A stretch of 64,000 nt of DNA from Setoptus koraiensis (GCA_048013815.1 CM106585.1:13268001-13332000); one strand, 5' to 3'. Positions 34,733 through 47,960 are shown, counted from the stretch's first letter. The notes: a model not told the origin generated them from the letters alone. Program-made: numbers and translations.

Positions 34733-35424
34733 CGTTTGTTGCAACGCCTGCGCGTTGTTGTTAGTCTGGCCGTAACCGGCACTTATGGGCACGCCGCCCG
34801 CCGATGCGGACACGGGCGACCTTGGGTAGTCTTGGCTGGTGCCGGCGATGTTGTTGTTGTTGTTGTTGTATCGCTGCTGCTGCTGTGATCCTATCAAGGC
34901 GGGCGATGATGCAACGGGCGAACTCCTGGCGGGCGCATTGTAATTGTTGCTCTGCTGCTGCTGCTGTCTTCCGCTGCCGGCTTGGCTCGGCGATGCTTGT
35001 CGGGCCGGTTGTTGCAATTGTTGGGGGGCGCTGGCGGGCTCCGACGAGGATTTGCCCAGCTCGGCGTTGACGCTGTAAAATTGTGACGATTTTGAACAAT
35101 CAACCGAGTGCCAATAATCGCAGGCTAGAATTGCCTGATTGAACACGGTGCCTACGCCGCACAAGAACGCCTCGTGCCGGCCGCTCCAGCACACGTGATA
35201 CGCCTGACATCCGGTTTCCTCGTCGGCGTAAAAGCCAAAATCGTAGCCCTTGCCCTCGCAAGTGAACGATGTCTTGGGTATTCTCGTGTAGGCGGGAAAG
35301 TCCACGCCGGGCTTGCCCGCGACCGAGCCTGCGCGACCGCCATCGATCGTAGGTACATCGGCATTATTATCGGCATTGTTATCGTTATTATTTTCGGCAT
35401 CATCATGGGTATTGTCCATAGTGC
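34733..35424 (-). CDS. Exon 2 of the secreted chitin-binding protein, carrying the peritrophin-A/CBM14 domain
   Basis: GKPGVDFPAYTRIPKTSFTCEGKGYDFGFYADEETGCQAYHVCWSGRHEAFLCGVGTVFNQAILACDYWHSVDC: six Cys in ChtBD2 spacing (CPAP1/U-scoloptoxin-like cuticular family). The 5' boundary is uncertain (35424 or 35328). Confidence 0.9.
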
Positions 35425-35592
35425 CCGTGTTGTTGGCAGGGTGGGAGAGTGTTTGGTGGGGGGTATTTGTTATTTAAGAGTGTCACATTGGGGCGAAAAA
35501 TATCACCGATCATATGAGATATGATGATATTTATGATATGATGATATTTATGTGTGTGATATTTGCGGGTAATGGCCCCGAACGAAACTTAC

Positions 35593-36088
35593 CGTAAAGG
35601 GCGGGCTCGGAGTCAGCCTCGGAGTCTTGCTGATCGGCGTTATTGCCGCTGGTGTAACCCGAATCGGGCGAGCTCGGGCCGGCCGGGCCCGATGTGTAAT
35701 CGGGCGAGTCGTAGCCGGCGCTGTTTGCCTCTATGGCGGGTAGTTGTTTTTGTTGTTTTGGCACTTGAGCGGGCGCGTTACCGTAACCGGCGCCCCCCGA
35801 TTGTCGCGACGGCGCACCGAGCCCCTGAGTCTCTGACGGGTACCCGTAGAGCGACGAGGCGGGCGCCCCGGTGCCGGCCAACTGGTTGCTTGCGGGCCTC
35901 TTGAATTGATTGTTGCCCGGTGAGGCGGGCCGCTGTTGTTGTTGTTGCTGTCTGATGGGCGAATACTGTTGGCCGTTGCCTTTGATATCCTGCGCTCGGG
36001 CCAGCAACGAGGCCAAAATGATGGGTGTCACTAGCAAACAAAGGGCCAACAGAGGGCCCTTTCTTGCGTTCACTGGGTGCGATTGCAT
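35593..36088 (-). CDS. Exon 1 of the chitin-binding protein (signal peptide + G/P/Q/S/Y-rich region)
   Basis: ATG at 36088 (alternative 36112). MQSHPVNARKGPLLALCLLVTPIILASLLARA-Q is signal-peptide-like. Donor G|GTAAGT at 35592, phase 1. Confidence 0.85.
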
Positions 36089-36416
36089 AAAATTTACTGA
36101 ATTACTGGTCATTTTCTCTAGCTTGTTGTCTTGATGTTTTGCGTGCCTAATTGTTTACTTTTTTGTTTTTCTAATCCGTTTCTGTCTATGAGCGGATATT
36201 TTCACTTCGCGATATTGGACTAGATCACTGTTGTTTGGCGCCGTGCTCGACGAGTGTCTTGAAGATTGAACGATTTGTCGGCTTGCTTGATTGCTGGACG
36301 TGATCTATGGAAACGTAGCGAGACAATGACTTATCCACTGTCGTGTGTATTCTGTCTTGGCGTGCTCTCGTCGGCGCTTGTTAGCGATTGATTTGGCCCA
36401 ATCGGCTGGCGGCACA

Positions 36417-36424
36417 TTTTTATA
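36417..36424 (-). promoter_or_regulatory. TATA box of the chitin-binding gene
   Basis: TATAAAAA on the minus strand about 330 nt upstream of the ATG, with an Inr-like TCAATC about 35 nt downstream. Confidence 0.5.
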
Positions 36425-38501
36425 CTCGCTTTCGCTTGTTCGGGCGGGCTTCCGTCGCTCACTTTCACTCTCGGCTGGCAGGGCGAAAAACAAACTATTC
36501 AGCCATCGCTACTACTGGCGGCCAGTGGATAATGACTGACAGCGGATAATGGCTTGGCTGGCTTGAGCGCGCGCGCGCGTAAGGCATTAGTGGTGGCCCG
36601 GATAATGGATTAAAAGAGTTCTTTCAGGCCGATACCCTGGCCGGCCGGCCGAACGGGGAAAAGTGGCTTCGTCGGGCCGGCCGCACACTAGCGAGCGAAT
36701 CGGTTGCGGTAGAGCATGTTGCTCAAGCAAAGCCCGTCACGGGCACAACGACGACGCGCGCGCGCGTCCGGGGAAATTCTCGCGGGCCCGCCCAGTCCGA
36801 GAAAATTTCGCGCGCGCGAGCTTCTTTCGCGGCGACACACTCGGCTGAATCTTCGCTCGCTAATTCGTGTGATCGCGCTGGCCAAGACGAGACTTGTCAG
36901 ACGTTTTTGAATGGCTGGCATGGGATTAGCAAGGCGGCCGGCAGACTCTCACTTGCGTGCGAGCCGTCACTTTCTTGCGAACGGGCGGAGCCTGTCGGCC
37001 GTTGTCGGTCTCGCCGAAAAATCCCCGTTTTCCTTCACGGCGACGAAGTCCGTTGTTCGCTCGCCGCGACGAAGCCCGTTGTTTGCCCGTCGCGAAAAAA
37101 AAAGTGATTTCCCAAAGTGCAAGAGCCACTTTCGGGGATTTTTCCCGGCGCTCGTTGAGCGGTGAGCTCGACGACGGTCTGGCCGCGCTCGCCGAGACCG
37201 GCGCTGCTGTGACTGTCGGTGTCGCGAAAATTGATCAGTTCTCATCATTATCACACACACACACACACATACGCACGGCGAGCGAGCAACAATTCCAGAA
37301 TGACCTTTTATCGTCGCCGGCCGGCCGGGCTTTGGTTTGCGCTCGCGGGAGGCGAGATTCTCCCATCGTGTCCGAGACAATTAAATGTCATTCGAAGGCA
37401 CAGAAGGCACGGCCAGCGAAAGCGATTGCCGATGCCGCCAATCAATTTGCAGTTCAAATAACTTTTTTGCCTAGTTGGCCGCCGCCGGCCCGTCCGGCAC
37501 GACGGCGGACTATCCGCGGCGAGCGGCGTCGGCGTTGCCCTGCAAATCAGCTCGCAAGCAGTGTCTCAATTGCGTTTATTCAAATGAGCCATCGACTGGC
37601 CGCAATGTCCGGAGTTGCGGCGCGCCGCAATTCCGGACACTGGGTTGCACGGCCGTCGCTTGTGGTCGTTCGGGCCACAGTTTCGGCGGTGTTTCTAATT
37701 GCAAATAATGGTCGCCGCGGCAACAAGTGCCGGTTGTCGGTGGCCAGTCGAGCGCCGGCATTTCATTTGCCGGGGCAGCCACGATTCGCAGATCAGAAAT
37801 CGATCAGTCGATCGGCTCGACATGAGCGTCGCTTCCAGATGAAGCGCTCAAAATTTGCCGCATCCGCTCGAAACGTCGCTCGGTTGCTCGGTTGATCGGA
37901 GAGCATCGATTGGCCGGCCGGCGCGCTGACGGCCGCTCGGAATGCGACGCAACGCCGGAACCGGCTCACATATCCGGCCGCCATTTCATAGAGTTCTCAG
38001 TAGAGTTGTCAGAAGAGTCGTCAGTAGAGTTTGAGAGTTCGAGAGTCCAATTGGCCCGAATCCGTTGCCTGATGGACGGATAATTTCTGCCGGGCCGCAC
38101 AGGTGGAGGCTGCTGCGTCTGCGCATCACACATGATAACATGATAACATACCTGTTGTGAGTGTGTGACGGCGCAAATGATGCTGCAATTGGCAGCTTGA
38201 TTACGGTGACAGCGCGCCGGATAATAACAATGCAGCCAGCACCGGCAATTAACTCTGGCTTGCCGTTGATTTGTTTGCTTTGAGCTGTCATGCTCGCTCG
38301 CTGTGGCTCGGCTGTCGCTGTGGCTCGGGTTCGCGTCGCGGCTCAATACGATCGCCGCCGCCGAGACCCGGGCCGGCAAGCAAATGCTGACCGCGACAAC
38401 GAGAGCGACAAAAACAATGGACCTTCAAGTGTTCCGACTCTGGCGGTCGCGGCGCCAGATTGGCACCTTGTAATGCGAGGCTTGCGCCGTGTCGGACTCC
38501 G

Positions 38502-38568
38502 TCAGGCGCTATCGGATCAGGCGCTATCGGATCAGGCGCTATCGGATCAGGCGCTATCAGATCAGGCG
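38502..38568. repeat. 15-bp tandem repeat x4.5 (TCAGGCGCTATCGGA)
   Basis: Direct reading. Confidence 0.92.
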
Positions 38569-41500
38569 GTTCCGCCGGTCTCGGGCGATTTCGGGCGGCT
38601 TTGGCGGGTTCGGGCGGCTTTGGACGGGTTCGGGCGGCGAGTTGGTGCACTCGAACGGGTCCGCCGAAACGGGCGGCCGCGACGGGTCGCGACTCTCGAG
38701 TACGCAGACGGTCGCTTTGGACACGACTGACAAGTTGTGAGTGTGCTGAGCGGCAGTCCGCTCAGGCTGACCGTCGGCCGGCTCGGCCGAGTGACCGACG
38801 TGCGAGCGCTACCAACTAAAGAGGATGAGATTACCTAATAATGAAATAATGATAATAATTTAAATAATAGAAACTGGTCGCCGTTGTTGTTGCTGCTGCC
38901 GCACTTCCGTTAGACACTGGCACTTGGCTAAGTTGCAGCTCATCAATGCTATCTCAATCGCGCCATCTCAGCAGCTACAATAACACAACTGAGCTGGCAT
39001 TTAGCACACATTTAGCCGGCCACTGCAGCCAGCGGACAGTGTAAGGGTAAGCCTGGCCAGATCCAGATTGGCAGGTGAACAAATTTGCATAATCGCTCCA
39101 CCTGTTGGCGTGCCGCGTCTCTATTAGAGAAGAGCGACAACAACAGTTACAGCGACAACAGTTGCAACAACGCAAGCAACAGTTACGGCATTAACAGTTA
39201 CAACAACGGCAACACTCGCAACGAGAATAACAACAACAACAGCAACAACGGCAGCGTGTCCAGCGGGCCGATCACCTGTGACAGAGTGATTGTTTGCACT
39301 TGGCCAGTTCGCATTGTTGTCGGCGTTGTTTTAGTGGGGGCCAAGTTCAGACGGCGTTCGGCGGACTGTTCGGCTCGCAGGCCGTCCAAAGAGCGCCGGT
39401 CGCGAACGTTCGCCGACGTTCGCGAATCGGGGGCTCGAGCGAATCAGACGCTCGGCCGGCCGACGTGCTCATCTGAGCAGATCGAGCCGAAATGGCTCAA
39501 ATTCGGCTGGATCGGTCTCTAACAATCGGGACGATTGAGCGAGCGACTACAAATTAGTTGCCCCGCTCGCCGTCTAATCAATATTCAATTATTTGCAGCG
39601 GCAACTTTATCTCATGGCAGCGCCGTGCGTATGGCGTGCGATACTGCCATATCCACCGCCTTGCCTGTGTGTGTCATCATAATCACCTGTGCAAATATTA
39701 ATTCTTAGTTGTTAATTATGTCGTTTCAGTATGTGAGCAGCCAGTCGCGAACGTTCGCCGACGTTCGAGCGAATCAGACGGCCGGCCGGCCGGCCGGCCA
39801 GCACACGGCAGCTAGCGAGCCGTTGTCGGGCTGGCGGGTATCAGGCGTATATAAGGCGTATATAAGGCGGGTATCTGGCGGGTATCTGGCGGGTATCTGG
39901 CGGGTATCAATTGTGCGCTGGCAAACAAAATTGATCGCTTGATTAACGCGTTAGCGCCATTGTTGGCCGATGCGACTAAGGTCGCCCGGCGATCGCCGAT
40001 TGGCGCGTCTTTAACAAACAAACCAGCGCGTTACCCGACGAAACTCGCTGGCCATCGAGCGCGAGATAAACGGCCAATTAACAATTATCCTCGAACTTTA
40101 TTCATAACACGGCCGTCGTAGCGCCACTTGCAACTGGCGACTGATATAACTGGCAACTGGCGACTGATATAACGGGCAACTGACGCAACTGCCAATGTTA
40201 TAATTGAGATATTTGCCCGAAAACGGGACACAAAGAGTTGAAACTATAACATGTTGCTGTTAACATTTTCATTATTTTATCATCGCAACTAAATCGCTCA
40301 ACGACAGTCGCACAATAATTGATGATAATTTCTCATCGTGCACAGTTTGCAGTAAAACGAGCCCCGTCCGTGTCCGTCGGCGCGCTCTGTCGTGCTCATT
40401 TAACTCCATTTGCTCATTTAACTCCATTTGGTCGCCATTTAATTCCGTCTAACTCATTTATCCGTCGTTGGCAATTGTCAGTGCCAATGAGCCAAACGGA
40501 TGAACGGACAAAATCAGCCTGCCCACAACAATAATAGCTAATAACAATAATATTGTTATTTCATGCTGGCCGGCCGGCCGAGATTATTGTCTGGCACACA
40601 ATTATCGCGTATTGTTAGCGTCGAGTGTGTGAAATATGCACTGCAAACAATTACCGTTTTATTCGTCTTTTATTTGTCGCTCGATGCGACAAACAAACGA
40701 CTAATAACAAATTGCGAACTTGAGCTCGCCAATTCAATTCGCGCGAACGAAATGAATTAGCTGGCCATTCATTGAATCGGCCATCTCGACTTGATGATCA
40801 AGTTCATTCCGACACCACAGTGCCAGAGTGGCGCCGACAGGGCAGAGATATCGATCATCACGAGCTCGCCAGCAACCATTGACACTTGTTGCCGTTTATT
40901 GGCTATGTGGCCCGTTTACGCTCGATACGAGCCACATAATAATTTTTTGATAATTTGCAACTTGCGAGCTTGCCATTGCGGCCGCAAACTTGAATCGGCA
41001 CTAGGCAACTTGCATTGGCGTGCAATTCAATAACGGCCCGTTATTAACGGGCCCGGCCAACCCGATTGGAGGGCGCCATCAATTGTTGGCGGGCGACCGG
41101 GCGACAACGAGCAACCGTTAACACGTCGGCCAGACCGGTGGCCACTCTGCGTCTCGTTTGCTCTTATCGGCGTCGTTGCGACAACAACACCGACAACAAC
41201 GACGGTAATTGCCCGACATTGGATATTACGACACTGGATATTACGACACTGGAGCCGGCTTTTATAATGATAATGTGTCATCGCTATCACACACCATCAA
41301 CGGCTTCGAAGCCGCCATAAACGGCCGGCCCGTTGCAAGTTGCAATAAAAAGCGGCCCGATAAAACGAGTCGAGACTGTCGACTCGAGAGTGAACAACAA
41401 CAACAACAACGGCAATTGGACACACATCAACGCATGGCGTAAATAGAGCTAGCTAAACGAGCTGCGAGACACTGAAATTTGCATTCGACAATGCGCATTC

Positions 41501-41574
41501 AGATGCATATTTCAGCAACGATGATGCAACAACCCAGCCTTTTCTTGCAAAGACATCATGCTACGGGCATCGTA

Positions 41575-41643
41575 ACAACAACACCGACAACAACGACAGC
41601 AACAGCAGCAGCAACAACAACAACAGCAACAACAACAACACCG

Positions 41644-41725
<82 letters not shown>

Positions 41726-41735
41726 CTGCAACCAC
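41575..41735. repeat. (CAA)n-rich trinucleotide tract
   Basis: Long, nearly perfect CAA run. Confidence 0.95.
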
Positions 41736-42300
41736 AAAACGTAAAATGAAAAATATAAAACGGCGAGTGTTGGGCAACAGGCGGACCCGGTGAAACGAGC
41801 CGCTGGCGTGATTTTCCGTTGGACACACTGTGACTTGTTGTTGCACGACCATGATGAGAACTGATGATGATTCGTGTGTGAGATTTTGCTGTTGTTGCGA
41901 GCACAAGTGCAGCGAGTTCCTCAAATGGCCCAATTAACTAGTGACCACTAATTACGCATAATGCAACAGGTAATGCAAGCGCGCACGCCAAGTCGCTTGG
42001 CGGGCGGCTCGTTTTTTCTCGCGCCAATTTGCCAATTTGCTGACTTGCGCCACCGAGCGCCGCCGCCGGCGCGTGATTGACGGACTCGCCGGCTCAAACT
42101 TCCGCTCTCTTGCTATTATGTGCCGCAGTTTTGTATTGTGTTGCCAATAGTGGCCGGCAGACAGCGCGTTATTGAGGCGACTCTGGCAACTCGTCCTGCC
42201 AACAGGCTCGTGGCCAGCTCGGCCTGGCGAGCGTCGGATTTGGCGTGCGAAACGGTCGCTGTCTTTGAGCGCTGATCCAATGATTTGTGCCACCGGTGGG

Positions 42301-42420
42301 CGCCAAATCGCAGCCAAATCGCAGCCAAATCACAGCCAAATCGCAGCCAAATCACAGCCAAATCGCAGCCAAATCACATCCAAATCGTAGCCTAATCGCA
42401 GCCAGATCACAGCCAGATCA
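42301..42420. repeat. 11-bp tandem array (CAGCCAAATCR), about 11 copies
   Basis: Direct reading; degenerates at the 3' end. Confidence 0.92.
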
Positions 42421-44155
42421 TCTGGACAGGGCTCCCGCTCGGATTCCGTCTCGGATAGTCGTAGCACCGTTTTTCGTGAGCCGGCGCGGGCCGGCAGTGC
42501 CGAGACGAGCCCACGAGCGGGAGATTGGGCGGCACAGGGTGCCGCGACGGACCGTCTTCGGACGAGTCGGATCGGACAACTAAGTTGTTTTCTTCGAACA
42601 CAGTTTGCAATTGTTTCTTTTTCCACTCGTTTCGCCAGACACTTTTTCGCACGAGTCGTCTTGCGAACGCGACGGCTCGCAAGCACAACAACTCGCCATT
42701 CGCGAACACAACAACTCGCCATTCGCGAACAATCAATGGCCAACCAAAACTGGTGCTGGCACAACCAGAGCAAACAACAAATTGTCATTGTTGTCAACAA
42801 TGGCGCCACTTAGCCAGCGCAGCCGCATTGGTTGTTGCGGCCCGTGCCCGGTTCGGCCAATGGTCTTGCCAAACTGAGAGCCAGAGTCACTTGCCTTGGC
42901 TGCTCGCTGGCTAATTAATCAGGGCTGGCGTTGCTGTCGACAATGCACAATTAAAGCACTTGTCGGGCTGACCGTCGTTACGTGCGCGCATGCGACAGTG
43001 ATATAGTGAGCGCTCTTTTTATCGCCAATTTATCCAGGCCATTGTATGCAAATGCAACGGACAAAATCTGGCTGAAATTGCGCTCGACAGCGACGTCTCG
43101 ATTTGTAGTGTTTGCACTGCCACTGCCGAGCTGGCCATTGATTGTTCAGGGCTGTTCGCTGGCGAGCCGAGGGCCGACGCCGCACGTCGAGTCGAACGGC
43201 TGATTAGCCGGGCCGGCCCATCGTCGGGCTCATCGTCGGGCTCACCGCCGGGCTCACCGTCGGGCTCGTTGTCGTCCGGCGAGCGTTGGAAACAACGCAA
43301 ATGTGTCTGACAACATCGAGTGCGATGATTAAGAATCGACGAAAAAATGAAGCGGCTTCCATTAGCGCGAGCGACTTTTTGCGAAAGTCTTGCCAGCAAA
43401 TCGCGAACATCCGACAACATCTAAACAGTGAAAACAATTTGCCATCTCGCTCTCTAATGATTCTGTGCCCGTCTATGCGATAAATATCGCATTCGCAGCC
43501 GACACTGCTCACGTTCAAGGTCGCCTGTTCATTATCCATAATGAGCAGGCTAACCTCGTGATTGCCGAAATGTTTGTGTGTGTGTGTGTGTGTGTGTCCC
43601 ATAAGTACGTAACGCAAACACTGCATTGAATTGTAATTAGCGGCCACAGGTGAGCCCCGGCAGCCGGTTGGCAGTAGGTGAAAAACAATGGCACAGCCAC
43701 CTGCCGGCCCGCTCGATTTGCGCGCTTTTTTCTCCGCTTTTCTAGCCATTTTCCCACAGCTCGCAATGTTTTGTCGCTGGCAATATCGCGCAATATCGCG
43801 CAATATCGCCATGAGCGAATACACATATAAACATAAATATATTTGTATATAAATCGCTGACGAGCTCGCCAAAAAATACAGCCAAAAAGTACGCCGGCCA
43901 GGGCCGCGAGCGCAGTCTGGGGCTGGCAAAAAGCGACCAAGCAGCGGTGCGCTATGCAGACGCCCCAAAACGAGCGGGCCTAATGAACGGCGTGCTCATT
44001 CTTTTTATTTTCATGTAAATCAAGCAGCGATCTTAATGAGCGGCGGCGGCGGCGGCGATAACGGCAAGCTGCGAACAACAAACGCGATTGTAGCCGTTGT
44101 CTCGTGATTGAATTGAGTTGTGCCGAGCTACTGTTTGTTTGTCTGACAAACTTTG

Positions 44156-44250
44156 TCGGGTTCGTCTGTCGAGCTCGTCTGTCGAGCTCGTCTGTCGGGC
44201 TCGTCTGTCGGGCTCGTGTGTCGAGCTCGTGTGTCGAGCTCGTGTGTCGA
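44156..44250. repeat. 13-bp tandem array (GTCGRGCTCGTST) x7
   Basis: Direct reading. Confidence 0.9.
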
Positions 44251-44555
44251 GATTGCGTCGGCCGTCGGCCGACACAAGCTAATCGGCCGATTGGCATCGC
44301 CGGCAGCCAGTCGGCCGATCGACAGCGCGCTGATGAGCTTGTTGATTAATTACATTCGCGTTTTCACATTGTCAGCGCACGAGACGGCGATCGTCGTGAA
44401 ACGGTGCGCGAGCCCCCACTGAGATGGCGCCCTTTTTTCAATTAGAGCGAGCTCTTTGGCGACCAGCGAACGGCGAGCGGGCCGAACGGCGAGCGGGCCG
44501 AACGATGAGCGAGGCGACGAGCCGAGACAAAACGAGACCAGCGACCGAACGACGG

Positions 44556-44616
44556 CGAGAACGAGACGAGAACGAGACGAGAACGAGACGAGAACGAGAC
44601 GAGAACGAGACGAGAA
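44556..44616. repeat. 11-bp tandem array (CGAGAACGAGA) x5.5
   Basis: Direct reading. Confidence 0.92.
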
Positions 44617-45879
44617 TCTGAGAAAACGAGCGCAAACGAGAGAGAACGAGCGAAAACGAGACGAGAACGAAGGCAAAACAATTAGCGCGACCCCGCCAGC
44701 ACAATTGGCGCCACGTGCTCGTCGCCAGGGCGACGCGCGCGCGCTGTCAGGCAGATCGGGCAGGCGGGGGCACGCACAAGCGTTGCGTAACTGGCCAGTT
44801 GTCAGCTAGCTGGGCAACAAACCGGGAGAGAGGCGCGAGCAACGGTCAACGACTCGGCGGCAGCGGCAGCGGCACCGTTGTGAGCCTAATTGAACTGTGG
44901 TCATCCGCACTAACGGACTCGGGCACCAGCGCTCTCTCTCTAGGCAGGCACTATTCACACTGGCACCATTCACACTGGCACTGGTCGCACCGCCAGAAAC
45001 AACCGCCAGGCGACCAACAGCCCAATAACAGGTGAGCAACGGATGACGGAGCGACCGTTGGACTGACACCCGTTGGGCGCCCGCCACTTTTGCCACTTTG
45101 GCCACCTTTGGCCACCTTTGCCACTCTGGCCACTCTGGCCACTTTGGCCGGCCAATTGTTGTTGCCCAGGTGAACTTGACACTAATCTTATCTCGCGCTG
45201 ATGGCGCACACTAATGAAATGAAACTGCACTCCGTCCATCAGTCAAACATACTGTTTTTAAATAATGTAATAATTACAACTGTTACCCAACTGGCAGAGC
45301 GTGTGCGGTGGCAGCAGCAGCGGCGGCGCAAGTCAACTTACAACTTTGTTAGCGCAACAAGTTGCGTAACTTATAATGCCAACAAAACTACATAATCATA
45401 TGGCATCTCTCGTTGTCGTTGTATCACACACACAATATCTCGGCTCACCTTTGATACTCGCTCACAATTTGACCACTAAATCAGACACAGCCACAGACAC
45501 ACAGAGTTCATTATGTCCATTGTTTTAGTGTCCGCCGGGCCGACCGCCGACAATTCAAATAAGATTCAAATAAGATTCAAATAAGATGGCCAGCAAACCA
45601 TTTTCATATCTCTTTGCATCGCTCGCTCTCGCTCTCTCGCTCGCCGGGCCAGGCCAATTGGCGTGTGTGCGCTTTTGTTGGCAAATTTCGGCTGGCGTCA
45701 CTCTTACAAAACAACAAAATTTAATTTTGATACAAGCCAACAATTGTATCATTGCCACTCGAGCTACTTGATCCGGGGTCATCATAATCAAACAACAACA
45801 AGTGTCCGTGCTCTACTGGTCACACCGGCTGTCCGTCAAGTGTCCAGTCAAGTGCGATATCTCGTAATCCTTTTGTGTG

Positions 45880-45926
<47 letters not shown>

Positions 45927-47306
45927 GCTGTTGTAACCGTGTGCCAGCGTAGTGACAGAGGCCGGATAATCTTCTTTTTCGGCCCTTGTTGGCGTTGCCT
46001 TCGCCGACACTCGACGCACACACGCACGACGCACACGCACGACGCACACGCACACAACGCACTATTCACGAGCCCTCTGGCGAGCGTTGGCATGACACCT
46101 CTGGCGTGTCGGGCAAACGATCTTGCCAGCGAACTGTCTGCTCGACATCAACATTTGCGCGTCAAATCCGACGCAGCGCATCGTGCCGACGATCGCAGTT
46201 GATATATGAATTATGATTGTTATATAATTATCGCTACTTGGCGGCCAGAATTCATCGCCACGGGCCAATTGCGCCACGGCCAATCTTCACAAGGTCACGC
46301 TTGCTTGCCCCTTGCCCGCTAAACCGTTCACGCGAATGCCCATTTACCCAGTGTTTGTTGACTGGTTTACCCAGTGTCTCGACTGGTTTACCCAGTGTCT
46401 GTTGTAGGTATTCACGCGTGAACAAGAGATAGAAGCGCCAGCTGGCGACGGTGATCCGCACCAGAGACATTGTTACCAGGTAACGATTGACTTGGCGAGC
46501 TAGTGGGTTACGTTAGCTCGGCTGAGCTGACGAAACACACCATTAGTAACTAGATGGCGCGTCAGATGTCGCACCATTGTTACTCACAGTTTGTGAGACT
46601 TGTCTGGCTGTCAATTATTATCGTTCTCGCCGGATACACACCACCGATTAACACTGTTCGTATCCGGACGACAGGTGAGCTGTCCATGTTAAGAGCGACA
46701 ACTTTTTTTGTTGGTTGTTGGTTTATCGTTCGCGTTGGTTGGAAAGGCGCGAGCGCGTGGCACGTGACATGTTCGTCATATTTGGCCCGCAGCAAAGTGG
46801 ACGAAATCAATCAACTAATGAGCATTCGTTTGTCGCCCGTTCATTTCAATTGGAGTCTCGTCGCCAATAGCAGAGCAATCATAAGACGTCTTGTCGAGCG
46901 GAGAAAAATGGAACCATTCTCAAAACATTTGCGTTGGACATGTAGCTCCGACTCAAAAAACAGGAGAAATGCCTAAGCACCCGGGGACCCGCTCAAAGAA
47001 TCATCGAGGCAACTCGTCGAGGGAGACAGATTTTCGAGACAGCCGGTCAGGTATCAATGACGTGTTGTACACCGTGTTTAGTAACTCTTTATTTCGGACT
47101 GTGTGCTCATACTTATACTCTATGCTATATATACTTAAACTGTGTCTTTGTATACATTTAAACTTTATATAATTATCAAAATTATCTAGTTATACAGTTG
47201 CTCAAGATGGATGGATATCACATTAAATTACCACAACGTAGCGATGTGCTAGTTGTTTGCTAGTTTGTGTGTGTGTGTGTGTGTTTGCTGCAAACGGCGA
47301 CAACGG

Positions 47307-47960
47307 CTAGACATGGTTGAGCCTTTGACCCGGATTAAGCGTTATGTGAACTCCTGGAACGCTAAATATGGATTCGCGTTCCGACAGACTGTGCACATCG
47401 CTGGGCAAACCGGCAAAAAAGGGATCCTGTCTGGCCGCATCGCACGATATTCTCTCGGATGGGCGATATTTGAGAAATTTCATTAGCAGCGCCATACCGT
47501 CGGCGTCTAAACGGGGCGCCCGGTGTATGAGTTTCTCTGGCTTGAAGGGGGGGAAATTGTAGCGCTTATATTGGCCGTTGTCCAATATCTCGGGCCACAG
47601 GTATTTGTTTGGTGTGCCCAAGCAGCTGAATATAAGATACAATTGTTGCTGCACGCTAGAGCCCGGGAAAAAAGTGCGTCCGCTGGCCATCTCGAAAAAT
47701 ATACAACCGACGCCCCACATGTCAATGGAGTGGTCGTAGTCGGTGTTGCCCAGCAGCACGTCGGGCGGCCTGTACCACAGTGTGACAACCTCGTTGCTGT
47801 AAGACTTGGTGGGAATACTCTTGGCTCTGGCCAGGCCAAAGTCGCAGATTTTCAATTCGCCCCGTCTGTTGATGAGCAAATTTTGCGGCTTCAGGTCCCG
47901 GTGCAACACTTGGCGCGAATGGCAAAACGACAGGCCCCGCAGTAGCTGGTAGAGGAAGAG
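47307..47960 (-). CDS. CDK16: PCTAIRE-type cyclin-dependent kinase (CDK16/17-like), exon 2, C-lobe
   Basis: Acceptor cccacatgcag|CTC after a CTAAT branch. [72 protein letters not shown] at 47088-47093. Confidence 0.95.
   Translation of the reverse strand, partial: LFLYQLLRGLSFCHSRQVLHRDLKPQNLLINRRGELKICDFGLARAKSIPTKSYSNEVVTLWYRPPDVLLGNTDYDHSIDMWGVGCIFFEMASGRTFFPGSSVQQQLYLIFSCLGTPNKYLWPEILDNGQYKRYNFPPFKPEKLIHRAPRLDADGMALLMKFLKYRPSERISCDAARQDPFFAGLPSDVHSLSERESIFSVPGVHITLNPGQRLNHV

Noticed and set aside
36957-37895. 312-aa ORF
   Set aside because: GTG start, Arg/Ala/Ser-rich composition typical of GC-rich non-coding DNA, reads through a CA microsatellite, and has no recognisable motif.
43204-43968. 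254-aa minus-strand ORF
   Set aside because: No domain, reads through (CA)n and tandem repeats, and has no credible start context.
30570-44616. CRISPR-like arrays
   Set aside because: All arrays are head-to-tail tandem repeats without unique spacers, the genome is eukaryotic, and there are no cas genes.
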